Shown: positions 1-7,421 of the stretch, in pieces | How positions within the stretch are numbered: position 1 is the first letter of the stretch | How the letters are laid out: every line of letters starts with the position of its first letter | Assembly (NCBI GenBank): GCA_964623365.1 | Contig: CAZUTN010000003.1 | Location: 4,629 to 32,957, forward strand | Direction of reading: 5' to 3' | Source of the DNA: an uncultured Candidatus Bathyarchaeia archaeon | Lineage (GTDB): Archaea; Thermoproteota; Bathyarchaeia; 40CM-2-53-6 | Length of the DNA stretch: 28,329 bases | Notes under the pieces: model-generated | What the model saw: the letters and a program-made list of their open reading frames with translations, nothing else | Database searches by the model: none | Told to the model about the DNA's origin: nothing | Translations under genes and position numbers: made by a program

Positions 1-36
1 GTTCAGGATCATCAAAAGTCTGGCGATTCTGTCCAT
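1..36 (-). CDS. Possible 5' end of a CDS running off the left edge (MDRIARLLMILN...)
   Basis: Minus-strand ATG at 36, 34 nt downstream of the stop of the 71..445 gene, with an open frame to the window edge. Only 12 codons are visible. Confidence 0.3.
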   Translation of the reverse strand, partial: MDRIARLLMILN

Positions 37-70
37 GGCGTTCGCCTAGGCTTGATCAGGTCGTGAGACT

Positions 71-445
71 TCATCTCTTCTCAGCTAAATAGCCGAAGCC
101 GACGGTTATCGTCGGGATGATCAGATAGGTTAGCCCTATGTCCTTCATGTAGTCCACGATGCCCATTCTCATCGGGCTCTCTGGCATGAACATGAGAAGA
201 TCCAAAGCTATGCTGATGACAAACCACGTGATCCCTAGGATGGCGCTCTCTCTGAGAAAACCAGCCTGCAAGTCCCTGAGATACAAGACTGAGAATGCGA
301 CTACGCACAGTGTCACGACGAATGGCATGATCGACTCAAACAACGCACGGTCCGAGAGCCTGATCGGAAAGATCATGACTGCAGCGACGAACGGTACTAC
401 CCAAACCGCGAACCCGTAGACGAGAGCCTTCTTGATTGATTTCAT
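71..445 (-). CDS. Small hypothetical membrane protein, about 4 TM helices (124 aa, MKSIKKALVYGFAVW...)
   Basis: Four hydrophobic stretches. ATG at 445 follows a GGTGGAGA SD-like motif and avoids overlap with the upstream TrmB gene; the track start at 532 overlaps it. Confidence 0.75.
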   Translation of the reverse strand: MKSIKKALVYGFAVWVVPFVAAVMIFPIRLSDRALFESIMPFVVTLCVVAFSVLYLRDLQAGFLRESAILGITWFVISIALDLLMFMPESPMRMGIVDYMKDIGLTYLIIPTITVGFGYLAEKR

Positions 446-480
446 TCTCCACCGCTCTCCTTTCTGATGGCAGAATTCGC

Positions 481-1197
481 CTAGGCCTCCTTTGCCGAGT
501 TCCATCCGAGGCTGTGCCATTCTTTGATGCATCGAGAGCAGTCATCATAGAGCATCTCGCTGATCATGTAGCGGCTGTTTGTCGGATCTTTGAAAACTGA
601 GAAGACCCTTTCTTCGTCGAGAATGACTGAGATCGCTGGTGTCTCCTCATTTCTCACCAACTGTACAATCTGAATGCCAGCTTCCTTGAACTGTGCGTTA
701 CTGCCAGCGATCCTTCTCTCTCCCGGAAAGAGAGTCACCTGAACCTCGGCATTAGGGTTGAATGCATCCTTCACTTTCCCGAGAAACTCCGTGGTGGCAT
801 TGCCTATCCAAACAGTCTTCGCTTTTTCCACGTGCTCTTTCAACTTCTCCAGCCCGACGTCATGCTTCGTTATGACAAACTTCTCCTTCATTTTCACCTC
901 ATCCTTGTCAAGCATCGCCAAGGCGACCTCGAGAACAGCTTCGTAGTCTTTCTTCATTCTCTCGAAGATTTCTGCAGGGTCCAGAGGTTTGAACAGCAAA
1001 GGGGCGCCGGAGTAGACCTTGATCCACCCCTTTGCCGCGAGCGATTCCAGAACCGAGTAGATCTTGGTCCTTGGAACACCTGACCTCTCTGAAAGCCTAG
1101 ATGCGCTATTCAGATGGTACCTGAGTAGCGATGAGTACACCCTCGCCTCGTACTCTGTCAGTCCCAGCTTTCGAAGCCGCTCGACTATGCTTTCCAT
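481..1197 (-). CDS. TrmB-family transcriptional regulator
   Basis: N-terminal LGLTEYEARVY...SGVPRTKIYSVLESLAAKGWI winged-HTH signature of TrmB, plus a C-terminal effector-type domain. Confidence 0.9.
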   Translation of the reverse strand: MESIVERLRKLGLTEYEARVYSSLLRYHLNSASRLSERSGVPRTKIYSVLESLAAKGWIKVYSGAPLLFKPLDPAEIFERMKKDYEAVLEVALAMLDKDEVKMKEKFVITKHDVGLEKLKEHVEKAKTVWIGNATTEFLGKVKDAFNPNAEVQVTLFPGERRIAGSNAQFKEAGIQIVQLVRNEETPAISVILDEERVFSVFKDPTNSRYMISEMLYDDCSRCIKEWHSLGWNSAKEA

Positions 1198-1234
1198 GAG
1201 CGTGGACTGGGAGAAGCCGCGTATATGTTCGCCG

Positions 1235-1250
1235 TAACTGAACGCAGTTA
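1235..1250. promoter_or_regulatory. Perfect inverted repeat TAACTG-N4-CAGTTA, candidate operator
   Basis: Seen directly. It lies just upstream of a minus-strand ACATATA TATA-like element (about 1221-1227) in front of the TrmB gene. Confidence 0.45.
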
Positions 1251-1366
1251 ATCAGGCCAGTCAGTCATAGTGTTCTCTTTCGGCCTGGAAGTCTCCGAGC
1301 CTTGATCAGCCCATGAAGCGTCTCCCGCAAGATGCGAGAGCCGCAAGCGGTGACGATTGTCCTTGC

Positions 1367-1373
1367 TTATATA
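1367..1373 (+). promoter_or_regulatory. TATA box (TTATATA) upstream of csl4
   Basis: Archaeal TATA consensus in GC-rich surroundings, about 60 nt before the csl4 ATG. Confidence 0.55.
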
Positions 1374-1431
1374 CGGCATTTCTTATTATGAAACGAAGTT
1401 TCGTGGAGTTCACCTCTCCTCTCGACGACCC

Positions 1432-2034
1432 ATGACAACAAGCAAGGTCCAATCAGAAATGCCTGCAAGAGATTATCGAACACCGCTGTTTGTCGTTCCG
1501 GGAGAGAGACTCTGCGTTGCCGAGGAGTTCTCGCCAGGCCCTGGGACATACGAAAGCGGCGGCGTGGTCTACTCACACCTCACCGGCGAGAGGACAGCGG
1601 ACACTAGGGACAGAACGGTGAAGGTTGTCGCGAAGACAAGAACCCCGATAATGCCGACAGACGGCTCAACGGTGATCGGTCAAGTCACAAACACTCATGA
1701 CAAGTCAGCCATCGTCAGCATCTTCAAAGTTGACTCGAAAGTCCTCGGTAGACCTTTCACCGGCATCATCCACATTTCCTCGTCCAGTCCCAGGTACGAA
1801 CGCAATATGAACGAGGTCTGCAAGACAGGCGACCTTATCAAGGCGAAGGTCTTCAACGACAAGAATAGGATACCAGAACTCACTACAGCGGGCAGAGGGC
1901 TGGGCGTCACAAGAGCGTATTGTTCAAGATGCGGTAGCCCTCTTCTCCTGACTAACCGCAGACTGCAATGTCGTGAGTGCGGCAATGTGGAGCGTAGGCG
2001 TTTGGCCGATGACTACGAACTAGGAGCAAGGTAG
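1432..2034 (+). CDS. csl4: Exosome complex RNA-binding protein Csl4
   Basis: VVPGERLCVAEEF..G.GTY N-terminal motif, S1 domain (GDLIKAKV) and C-terminal zinc ribbon CSRC...CRECGNVERR. ATG at 1432 or 1459 is more plausible than the track start at 1357. Confidence 0.93.
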   Translation: MTTSKVQSEMPARDYRTPLFVVPGERLCVAEEFSPGPGTYESGGVVYSHLTGERTADTRDRTVKVVAKTRTPIMPTDGSTVIGQVTNTHDKSAIVSIFKVDSKVLGRPFTGIIHISSSSPRYERNMNEVCKTGDLIKAKVFNDKNRIPELTTAGRGLGVTRAYCSRCGSPLLLTNRRLQCRECGNVERRRLADDYELGAR

Positions 2035-2039
2035 GACGG

Positions 2040-2324
2040 TTGAACCTCAAAGTCTTACACCGGTCGAAGAACGAGCTGAAGATCGAGATCCAAGGGGAAG
2101 GGCATACGTTCTGCAATCTGCTCCAGTCGGCGCTCCTGCAGGACAAGAGTGTCGAGATGGCGGGGTACGACGTTCCGCATCCTCTGATTCTGAGCGCGGT
2201 GTTGTACCTCAGGACGAAGCGAGAGTCATCTCCCGAGAAGGCGTTGGCGCGAGCCCTCACAAAGGTAGGCGAGATGAGCAACGAGTTCTTGGAAAAGCTC
2301 GACAAAGCCACCGTCCCAAGCTGA
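2040..2324 (+). CDS. rpoL: DNA-directed RNA polymerase subunit L (Rpo11)
   Basis: EGHTFCNLLQ..L...V..AGY..PHPL motif; canonical position after csl4; TTG start. Confidence 0.95.
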   Translation: MNLKVLHRSKNELKIEIQGEGHTFCNLLQSALLQDKSVEMAGYDVPHPLILSAVLYLRTKRESSPEKALARALTKVGEMSNEFLEKLDKATVPS

Positions 2325-2340
2325 CTCGGACAGACCGCAA

Positions 2341-2706
2341 CTGAAGCTGATTCTCACGGATACCAGGCTAGCGAAACTCGGGGACGCCTACGTAAACTTC
2401 GTCTTCTCGCTGGGCAGATCGAGAGCAGTCCAAGAGCCTCAAGGCATCAAAGTCAGCGATAGAATACTTGCGGAAGCCCTCAGAAGGTCAGGACTGAGAC
2501 AGGAGCTGCCGCGCCGTACGACCCGACAAGACTGCGCGAACGCAGTTGAGGCTCTCCTCGTGTACGGTTACCTGAACAAGCTGGTCTCTCTCGAACAAGC
2601 TGTCGACCAGATAGCGGCCGCGTCAGATTCCCCTGTCGATGCTCTTGCTCAATTGATCAAGTCGGTCGCGAAGAAGATTGAAGACGGGAAGTTCAGCCTC
2701 GCATGA
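2341..2706 (+). CDS. Archaeal ribonuclease III-like (Mini-III-type, no dsRBD) protein, absent from the ORF track
   Basis: Manual translation: (L/M)KLILTDTRLAKLGDAYVNFVFSLGRS...KVSDRILAEALRRSGLR...DCANAVEALLVYGYL...SLA*, 121 aa. Carries LAKLGDAYVNF and xxVEAL RNase III-like motifs. Its stop overlaps the DUF99 ATG (ATGA). No in-frame ATG/GTG/TTG occurs upstream or in the N-terminal half, so CTG at 2341 is the likely start. Confidence 0.8.
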   Translation: MKLILTDTRLAKLGDAYVNFVFSLGRSRAVQEPQGIKVSDRILAEALRRSGLRQELPRRTTRQDCANAVEALLVYGYLNKLVSLEQAVDQIAAASDSPVDALAQLIKSVAKKIEDGKFSLA

Positions 2707-3272
2707 TCAAGAAAGAGATTCGAGTCCTCGGAGTATCTCTCGCTTCGCCACACCCTGGGCGTGGGGTCCCGATCCAAGTCGTGGGTGTAGTATACAGGGG
2801 AAACCGCTGGCTCGAAGGAGTCATGCGAACAACCATACCACCAGAAGTACATGACCTGACCCCCAAGATCGCCAAGATGGTGACTGATTCTCCACATCAC
2901 CCTCAGCTCAGAGTCATCATCTTGGATGGATTGATCACGAAGTCCGGTAACTACGCGGACATTGAAGCCCTTAGCAAGAAGACTAGGCGTCCAGTCATCG
3001 CAGTCGTACGACAGAAGATACCCGTCAAACGTCTGACGAGCGCCACGGTGAGAGTCCCGCAAAGAACATTCAAGGCGTTTACCAGTGCGTCGTTCAGGAA
3101 GTGGAAGGCAGCAGGAAAGACGTTCTTCGTATATTCGGCCGGTTTGGGCAAGATCGATATCGAGGAACTCCTCGAAGTTTGTGCATCGAGAGAAGGGCTC
3201 CCGGAAGCGGCCAGGGTTGCGAGGATCACTGCTTCCGCGCTCCGGAAGCTCCTGTTTGGGCGTGCACCCTAG
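2703..3272 (+). CDS. DUF99 family (endonuclease V-like / UPF0215) protein, divergent
   Basis: MIKKEIRVLG, VVGVVYRG..WLEGV, QLRVIILDG, RPVIAV and EGLPEAARVA match the DUF99 pattern. Confidence 0.8.
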   Translation: MIKKEIRVLGVSLASPHPGRGVPIQVVGVVYRGNRWLEGVMRTTIPPEVHDLTPKIAKMVTDSPHHPQLRVIILDGLITKSGNYADIEALSKKTRRPVIAVVRQKIPVKRLTSATVRVPQRTFKAFTSASFRKWKAAGKTFFVYSAGLGKIDIEELLEVCASREGLPEAARVARITASALRKLLFGRAP

Positions 3273-3358
3273 CGGATATTCTTGAATTTCGAGGCTCTCG
3301 TCCACCGGGGCAGCGGCTTCTCGCCGCCGAGGCTCTGTCCCTCTGCTTTCTCTGAATG

Positions 3359-3366
3359 TTTTAATA
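3359..3366 (+). promoter_or_regulatory. TATA box (TTTTAATA) upstream of tfs
   Basis: TATA consensus about 36 nt before TTG 3402. Confidence 0.55.
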
Positions 3367-3401
3367 GAGACTGTGAGACTCTCGTGGCGGATCGGCCAAA
3401 A

Positions 3402-3725
3402 TTGAGATTCTGTCCAAAATGCGGGGCAAGGCTGGTGCCTGTCAAGAAGGCTAAGTCAATCGTCCTAAGCTGCCCGAGCTGCGAATACGAGACGAGGAAA
3501 CCAGAGAAGACCATCCAGCCGCTAAGATCCGAGAAGGAGAACATTATCGTCATCGGCAGAGAAGAGCAGAAGATCAGAACTCTGCCCAAGATGAAGGTCG
3601 AATGCCCCAAGTGTGGCCACAAGGAAGCCTTCTACTGGCTTGTGCAAACTCGAGGCGCCGATGAATCATCCACCCAATTCTTCAGATGTGCCAGCTGCGG
3701 GACCACTTGGCGCGAGACATCGTGA
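3402..3725 (+). CDS. tfs: Transcription factor S (TFS / RpoM), cleavage-competent type
   Basis: Two zinc ribbons (CPKC...CPSC and CPKC...CASC) and a QTRGADE loop with the acidic DE pair. TTG at 3402 gives MRFCPKCG and fits the upstream TATA; the track start is 3282. Confidence 0.93.
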   Translation: MRFCPKCGARLVPVKKAKSIVLSCPSCEYETRKPEKTIQPLRSEKENIIVIGREEQKIRTLPKMKVECPKCGHKEAFYWLVQTRGADESSTQFFRCASCGTTWRETS

Positions 3726-3995
3726 GAGCGACAGCCTACACGTACATGGAACCAGCGATGTCTCTCTAGCGTCTCATGTCATGAACGGCTCAGGACGACG
3801 CTTCTTCGCGGGTAGCAGTCACTCAGACAAGGGTGCGCGCCACCCCACGCGCTCAGGCGTACCTGAGTAGGGGGGCAGTACGGCAGAATGCGGATGTGCG
3901 CTCAAACGGCATACGGTCACGCCAGACGAGCGGGGATCTCGTCAACGTCGGTTTCAAATATCATGGTGCGTGATCTGCCGGTCCGTTGAGGCAGC

Positions 3996-4310
3996 ATGGA
4001 ACCCTACGATGTGAAGATAACTGTGGTCAAGACGCTCTCTATGAAGGATGTGTTCGGATCCTCTTCTCCAAAGATCGCGGCGGGTACGGAAGTCGTCTGC
4101 CCGAGGCTGAAGGAAGGCGAGACGTTCGTGTCGCAGAAAGGCATGTGCCCACAGGGCTTGTGTGGGCGGGCCTTCGCAGACATCCAGCGCGACATATCGC
4201 ATATTCGATTCGGTGGAAGCTACCCATGGCTGCAAGAGGAAGGCGTGGCGTACTCATGCTGTACCGACGGCCTGAGACCCGTCGTCTTCAGACTCGAACG
4301 AGCAAAATGA
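3996..4310 (+). CDS. TIGR04076-family small Cys-rich protein
   Basis: Pattern KITV...CP...CP.GLC..AFADI....GG.YPW.....AYSCCTDGLRPVVFRLER recognised by eye. Confidence 0.75.
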   Translation: MEPYDVKITVVKTLSMKDVFGSSSPKIAAGTEVVCPRLKEGETFVSQKGMCPQGLCGRAFADIQRDISHIRFGGSYPWLQEEGVAYSCCTDGLRPVVFRLERAK

Positions 4311-4407
4311 GCCGCTCACGCGACGCTTCGGAGCTACTTGAAAGCTACCGTAAATCCCAACGAGGCCCCACCGTGCCCAATAGCCTAAGAGAAACCGAGT
4401 GTTAAGC

Positions 4408-4415
4408 ATAAAATA
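4408..4415 (+). promoter_or_regulatory. TATA-like element (ATAAAATA) upstream of pcna
   Basis: AT-rich box about 33 nt before GTG 4448. Confidence 0.45.
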
Positions 4416-4447
4416 CTACCCGACCACGTTAGAGCAGGGAAAGCGCG

Positions 4448-5203
4448 GTGTTCAAAGCATCCATTAGTGACGCGAGACTTTGGAAGAACCTCCTAGCCGC
4501 CATCTCGACGCTGATTGAGGAAGCGGACTTCAACGCCACCCCCGAGGGTATCAAGCTGAGGTCAATGGATCCCTCTCATGTGGCGATGGTTGATTTCGAA
4601 TGGCAGAAGACAGCCTTCGAAGAGTACACATGCGAACAGCCAACGAAAATCCGAATCAACATAGCATCGATGTTGAAGTTGCTGAAACGCGTCGGCAGCG
4701 AAGAAATCCTTGAGATGCTTTACGACGAGAAGACCCGGAAGCTGAACTTGACCCTCAAGGGGAGGATGATGCGCAAGTTCACGATGCCCACGCTCGACCC
4801 AGCGCAGGAAGAAGTGCCAACCCCGAAGATCACGTTCAACTCCAGGGTCAAGTTGACGACGTCAGTCTTCAGGGACATCATCGAAGACGTGCAAGCGGTC
4901 AGCGACAACGTCAGACTAGAAGCCACGCCTGAAAGACTGACGGCCGCCGCGACAACCGAACTCAGCAGCGCGGTAATTGAGCTTGACAAGGGAAGCGAGA
5001 TGCTGCTTGAACTCGACGTGAAGGAGGCTTCCAAGGCAACCTTCAATCTGAACTATCTCTCGGAGATAACGAAGGCAGGCGCCTCGACCTCAGAGATCGT
5101 GACGGTTGAGTTCTCCACCAACATGCCGATCAGACTCGAGTTCGACATACCCCAGCAGGGTCGGCTCCTGTACTACCTAGCTCCGAGGATTGAAGCGGAA
5201 TAG
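4448..5203 (+). CDS. pcn: DNA polymerase sliding clamp PCNA
   Basis: GIKLRSMDPSHVAMVD, FNLNYL and C-terminal YYLAPRIE motifs; 251 aa. Confidence 0.97.
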   Translation: MFKASISDARLWKNLLAAISTLIEEADFNATPEGIKLRSMDPSHVAMVDFEWQKTAFEEYTCEQPTKIRINIASMLKLLKRVGSEEILEMLYDEKTRKLNLTLKGRMMRKFTMPTLDPAQEEVPTPKITFNSRVKLTTSVFRDIIEDVQAVSDNVRLEATPERLTAAATTELSSAVIELDKGSEMLLELDVKEASKATFNLNYLSEITKAGASTSEIVTVEFSTNMPIRLEFDIPQQGRLLYYLAPRIEAE

Positions 5204-5272
5204 AGTGGACAGCGATCGCTTCCCCAAGGTCACATTCATGCCGTCGGAGCACGCAGGGTGGCGACCAAGCAG

Positions 5273-5965
5273 TTACTGCTTCAGCCTGTATTTTGACATG
5301 AGTTCATCGTATACGCCGTTTCTCCGAACTTCCTGCAGCCCTCGGTTGAAGGTTTTCTGAGTTTCCGGTCTCGTCTTCTGAAACGCGACGAAGAGTGGAC
5401 GGTTGATCTCAAAATCAGCTACAATCTGTAGCGTGTCCCCAAGCCCTAACTCGTCAATGAGATAGACACCGACGCCTTTGTCCATGATCGCCACATCAAC
5501 ATCATTCGCTGATAGTTGCAGGAGCGATTCCTGATGACTGCTCACGGAGATCCTACGTATGCCTTGTAGACTGTCGAATTCTTGGCCGTAGCTGTATCCT
5601 TTGACGACAGCAATCTTGCTCGGTTGGAGTTGTCCGATTAGTCTGTCGCCTTTGTCCAACACTATGGGTTTCGCTCTGCTGCAATATAGCACGGTTTTCG
5701 CGACGCGAAGTAGGTCTGAGAAAAGGAAGCTTTTCTCTCGATCGGGCGTTCTTGCTATCTGGAAAACGCCATCGGAAAGCCCTTGCTCCATCCGCTGAAT
5801 ACATTCATCCCATGAATGTAGGGTTACAGAGACGCCGAGGCCCTGACTCTGGAAGGCGTCCCTGATGATTTCATAATCGAGTCCAGTGATCTCTGAATCT
5901 TTCATGTACTGGTAGGGAGGGAAAGGGTCGGCGACGAGGGAGATAACACCGTTCCCAGAATTCAT
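5273..5965 (-). CDS. Family 3 (polar amino acid type) solute-binding domain protein with no evident signal peptide
   Basis: DPFPPYQY...ITGLDYEII, AVVKGYSYG, VDVAIMD and RRNGVYDELMSKY motifs. ATG at 5965 follows a GGGAG SD; the track extension to 6082 is not domain-like. Confidence 0.85.
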   Translation of the reverse strand: MNSGNGVISLVADPFPPYQYMKDSEITGLDYEIIRDAFQSQGLGVSVTLHSWDECIQRMEQGLSDGVFQIARTPDREKSFLFSDLLRVAKTVLYCSRAKPIVLDKGDRLIGQLQPSKIAVVKGYSYGQEFDSLQGIRRISVSSHQESLLQLSANDVDVAIMDKGVGVYLIDELGLGDTLQIVADFEINRPLFVAFQKTRPETQKTFNRGLQEVRRNGVYDELMSKYRLKQ

Positions 5966-6272
5966 TCTGCGCTCCCTGTTCAGATGAAGAGTTTCAGCTC
6001 GATATGTTTTTCCATGCTTCCCTTCTTCGGCAGCCCGTATGCGAATGAGGCCGTCGCTGCATCCTGAATTGAGAGGCCTCACGTTTTGCAGGGTTCAGTG
6101 GTGACAGGGCATACCATCCGGAGACGCATGCCAATCGTCGGCCAAGGTACGCTCGGTCACTTGGGAGACCGGGGCGGAGGAATATCCACTATCTTTTACC
6201 GTCAAGGCGTAGGGTTTAACATATCGCGAGCCACGTGCGGGCGCTAGTCGTCTGACTAGGTGTTGGATCGAG

Positions 6273-7355
6273 TTGAGAGCGGTCTTGACGAAGCTGGACC
6301 ATGCGAAATACCCGTTCACGAACGAGGCCGCGGAATACGTCAAGAGCCTGAACATCGACCTCAACGATCTCACCAGTAAAGAGTTCTCTGTCATCTTGGA
6401 TGTCGCCGAGAAGAGAGTGATCGACGCCTTGGCGACCGGCAAGATCGATCCGGAGCTTCAGGGCGAAGTCGAAATACTGGCGTACCCGGCGGCGCTGATG
6501 CTAGTCGCATTGGCTGGCGACGAGCAGGCGCAGAGGAGATACGCGCTGAGTGAGTCAAAGCGAGCCTACGAACTTCTTAGACAAGAATCGCCGATGGTGC
6601 TGATGCAGATCGCGGAACACACCTTTGGCTGGAACGCCAATATCGCCGACAAAGAAATCGGGGAAGCCCTCTACGAGTTTGGCGTGCCTTATCCCGACTA
6701 CCTCAGGAACGCCGTACGCATTCGTGATCCTGACTGGAAGCTCACGAACAGAGTCTTAGAGCAGGGCTACGTCTACTGCCACAGAGACGAGTTTGCTAGG
6801 CTACTGAAAGAGGAGATTGAGGCCAGAGTTCTCTCAAGGATCATGGGCCATTACGGATCCGTTCCAGAACCTGTCACGCCGCGGGTCGAGAGAATCAGAA
6901 GACTAGTGGTCGCCAGAGCGCAGATCTACGGTGTTGAAGAAACCCCAAGGGCAATCCTTGCTGCAGCGATGCCTCCCTGCATGAAGGCTCTACTCTCAAA
7001 CCTTTCCAGCGGGAAACACGTTCCTCACATTGGAAGATTCGCCTTGACCGCGTTCCTGAGCAACATCGGGGTCACAGAGGAAGAGATCATCAGGATGTTC
7101 CGCCCTCAAAGCGATTTCAGTGAGAGGATAGCGAGGTACCAAGTCGAGCACATCTCGGGAAGACGAGGCGGCAAGAAGAAATACACTCCGCCCAACTGCA
7201 AGACCATGAAGACTCACGGTCTATGCGTCAACCCCGATGAGACATGCGCCGCGATCTTGCATCCCCTCTCCTACTACAGAAAGAAAGCTAGAATGATCGC
7301 TGCCGCAACGAGGAAACGAAGAACAGTGCAGAGTCCAAGACCGGTTGCTTCATAG
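6273..7355 (+). CDS. priL: DNA primase large subunit PriL with Fe-S C-terminal domain
   Basis: KYPF N-terminus; PPCM, HIGRF, YQVEHI, YTPPNCKTMK..GLC...C and HPLSYY motifs with four Cys ligands. Start is TTG 6273 or 6285; TTTAACAT box at 6215-6222. Confidence 0.95.
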   Translation: MRAVLTKLDHAKYPFTNEAAEYVKSLNIDLNDLTSKEFSVILDVAEKRVIDALATGKIDPELQGEVEILAYPAALMLVALAGDEQAQRRYALSESKRAYELLRQESPMVLMQIAEHTFGWNANIADKEIGEALYEFGVPYPDYLRNAVRIRDPDWKLTNRVLEQGYVYCHRDEFARLLKEEIEARVLSRIMGHYGSVPEPVTPRVERIRRLVVARAQIYGVEETPRAILAAAMPPCMKALLSNLSSGKHVPHIGRFALTAFLSNIGVTEEEIIRMFRPQSDFSERIARYQVEHISGRRGGKKKYTPPNCKTMKTHGLCVNPDETCAAILHPLSYYRKKARMIAAATRKRRTVQSPRPVAS

Positions 7356-7421
7356 ATCGACGACGAAAGGCTCAGTCGAGTTGTCACCCGTGATTGGTGA
7401 TCCAATCTGAAATCGTCTCCG

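Noticed and set aside
1304-1423. Minus-strand SD-like GAGAGGAGAGGTGA followed by a 35-aa GTG ORF
   Set aside because: It overlaps the csl4 promoter, has no recognisable features, and the SD spacing is poor.
3726-3995. GC-rich intergenic region with hairpins, considered as SRP RNA, RNase P RNA, tRNA or C/D sRNA
   Set aside because: No SRP helix 8 motif, RNase P P4 motif, cloverleaf with T-loop, or paired C/D boxes found by eye. An Infernal/Rfam scan would settle it.
3986-4405. 139-aa alternative-frame ORF overlapping the TIGR04076-type gene
   Set aside because: The overlapping 3996..4310 frame carries the family motifs; this frame has none.
5980-6129. Minus-strand frame MRLRMVCPVTTEPCKT*GLSIQDAATASFAYGLPKKGSMEKHIELKLFI*, where the TGA at 6079-6081 would give a CxxU motif if read as selenocysteine
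   Set aside because: No recognisable family, no evident archaeal SECIS downstream, and no Sec machinery in the window. Chance is the likely explanation. Revisit only if selA/selD/tRNA-Sec exist in the genome and Cys homologues are found.
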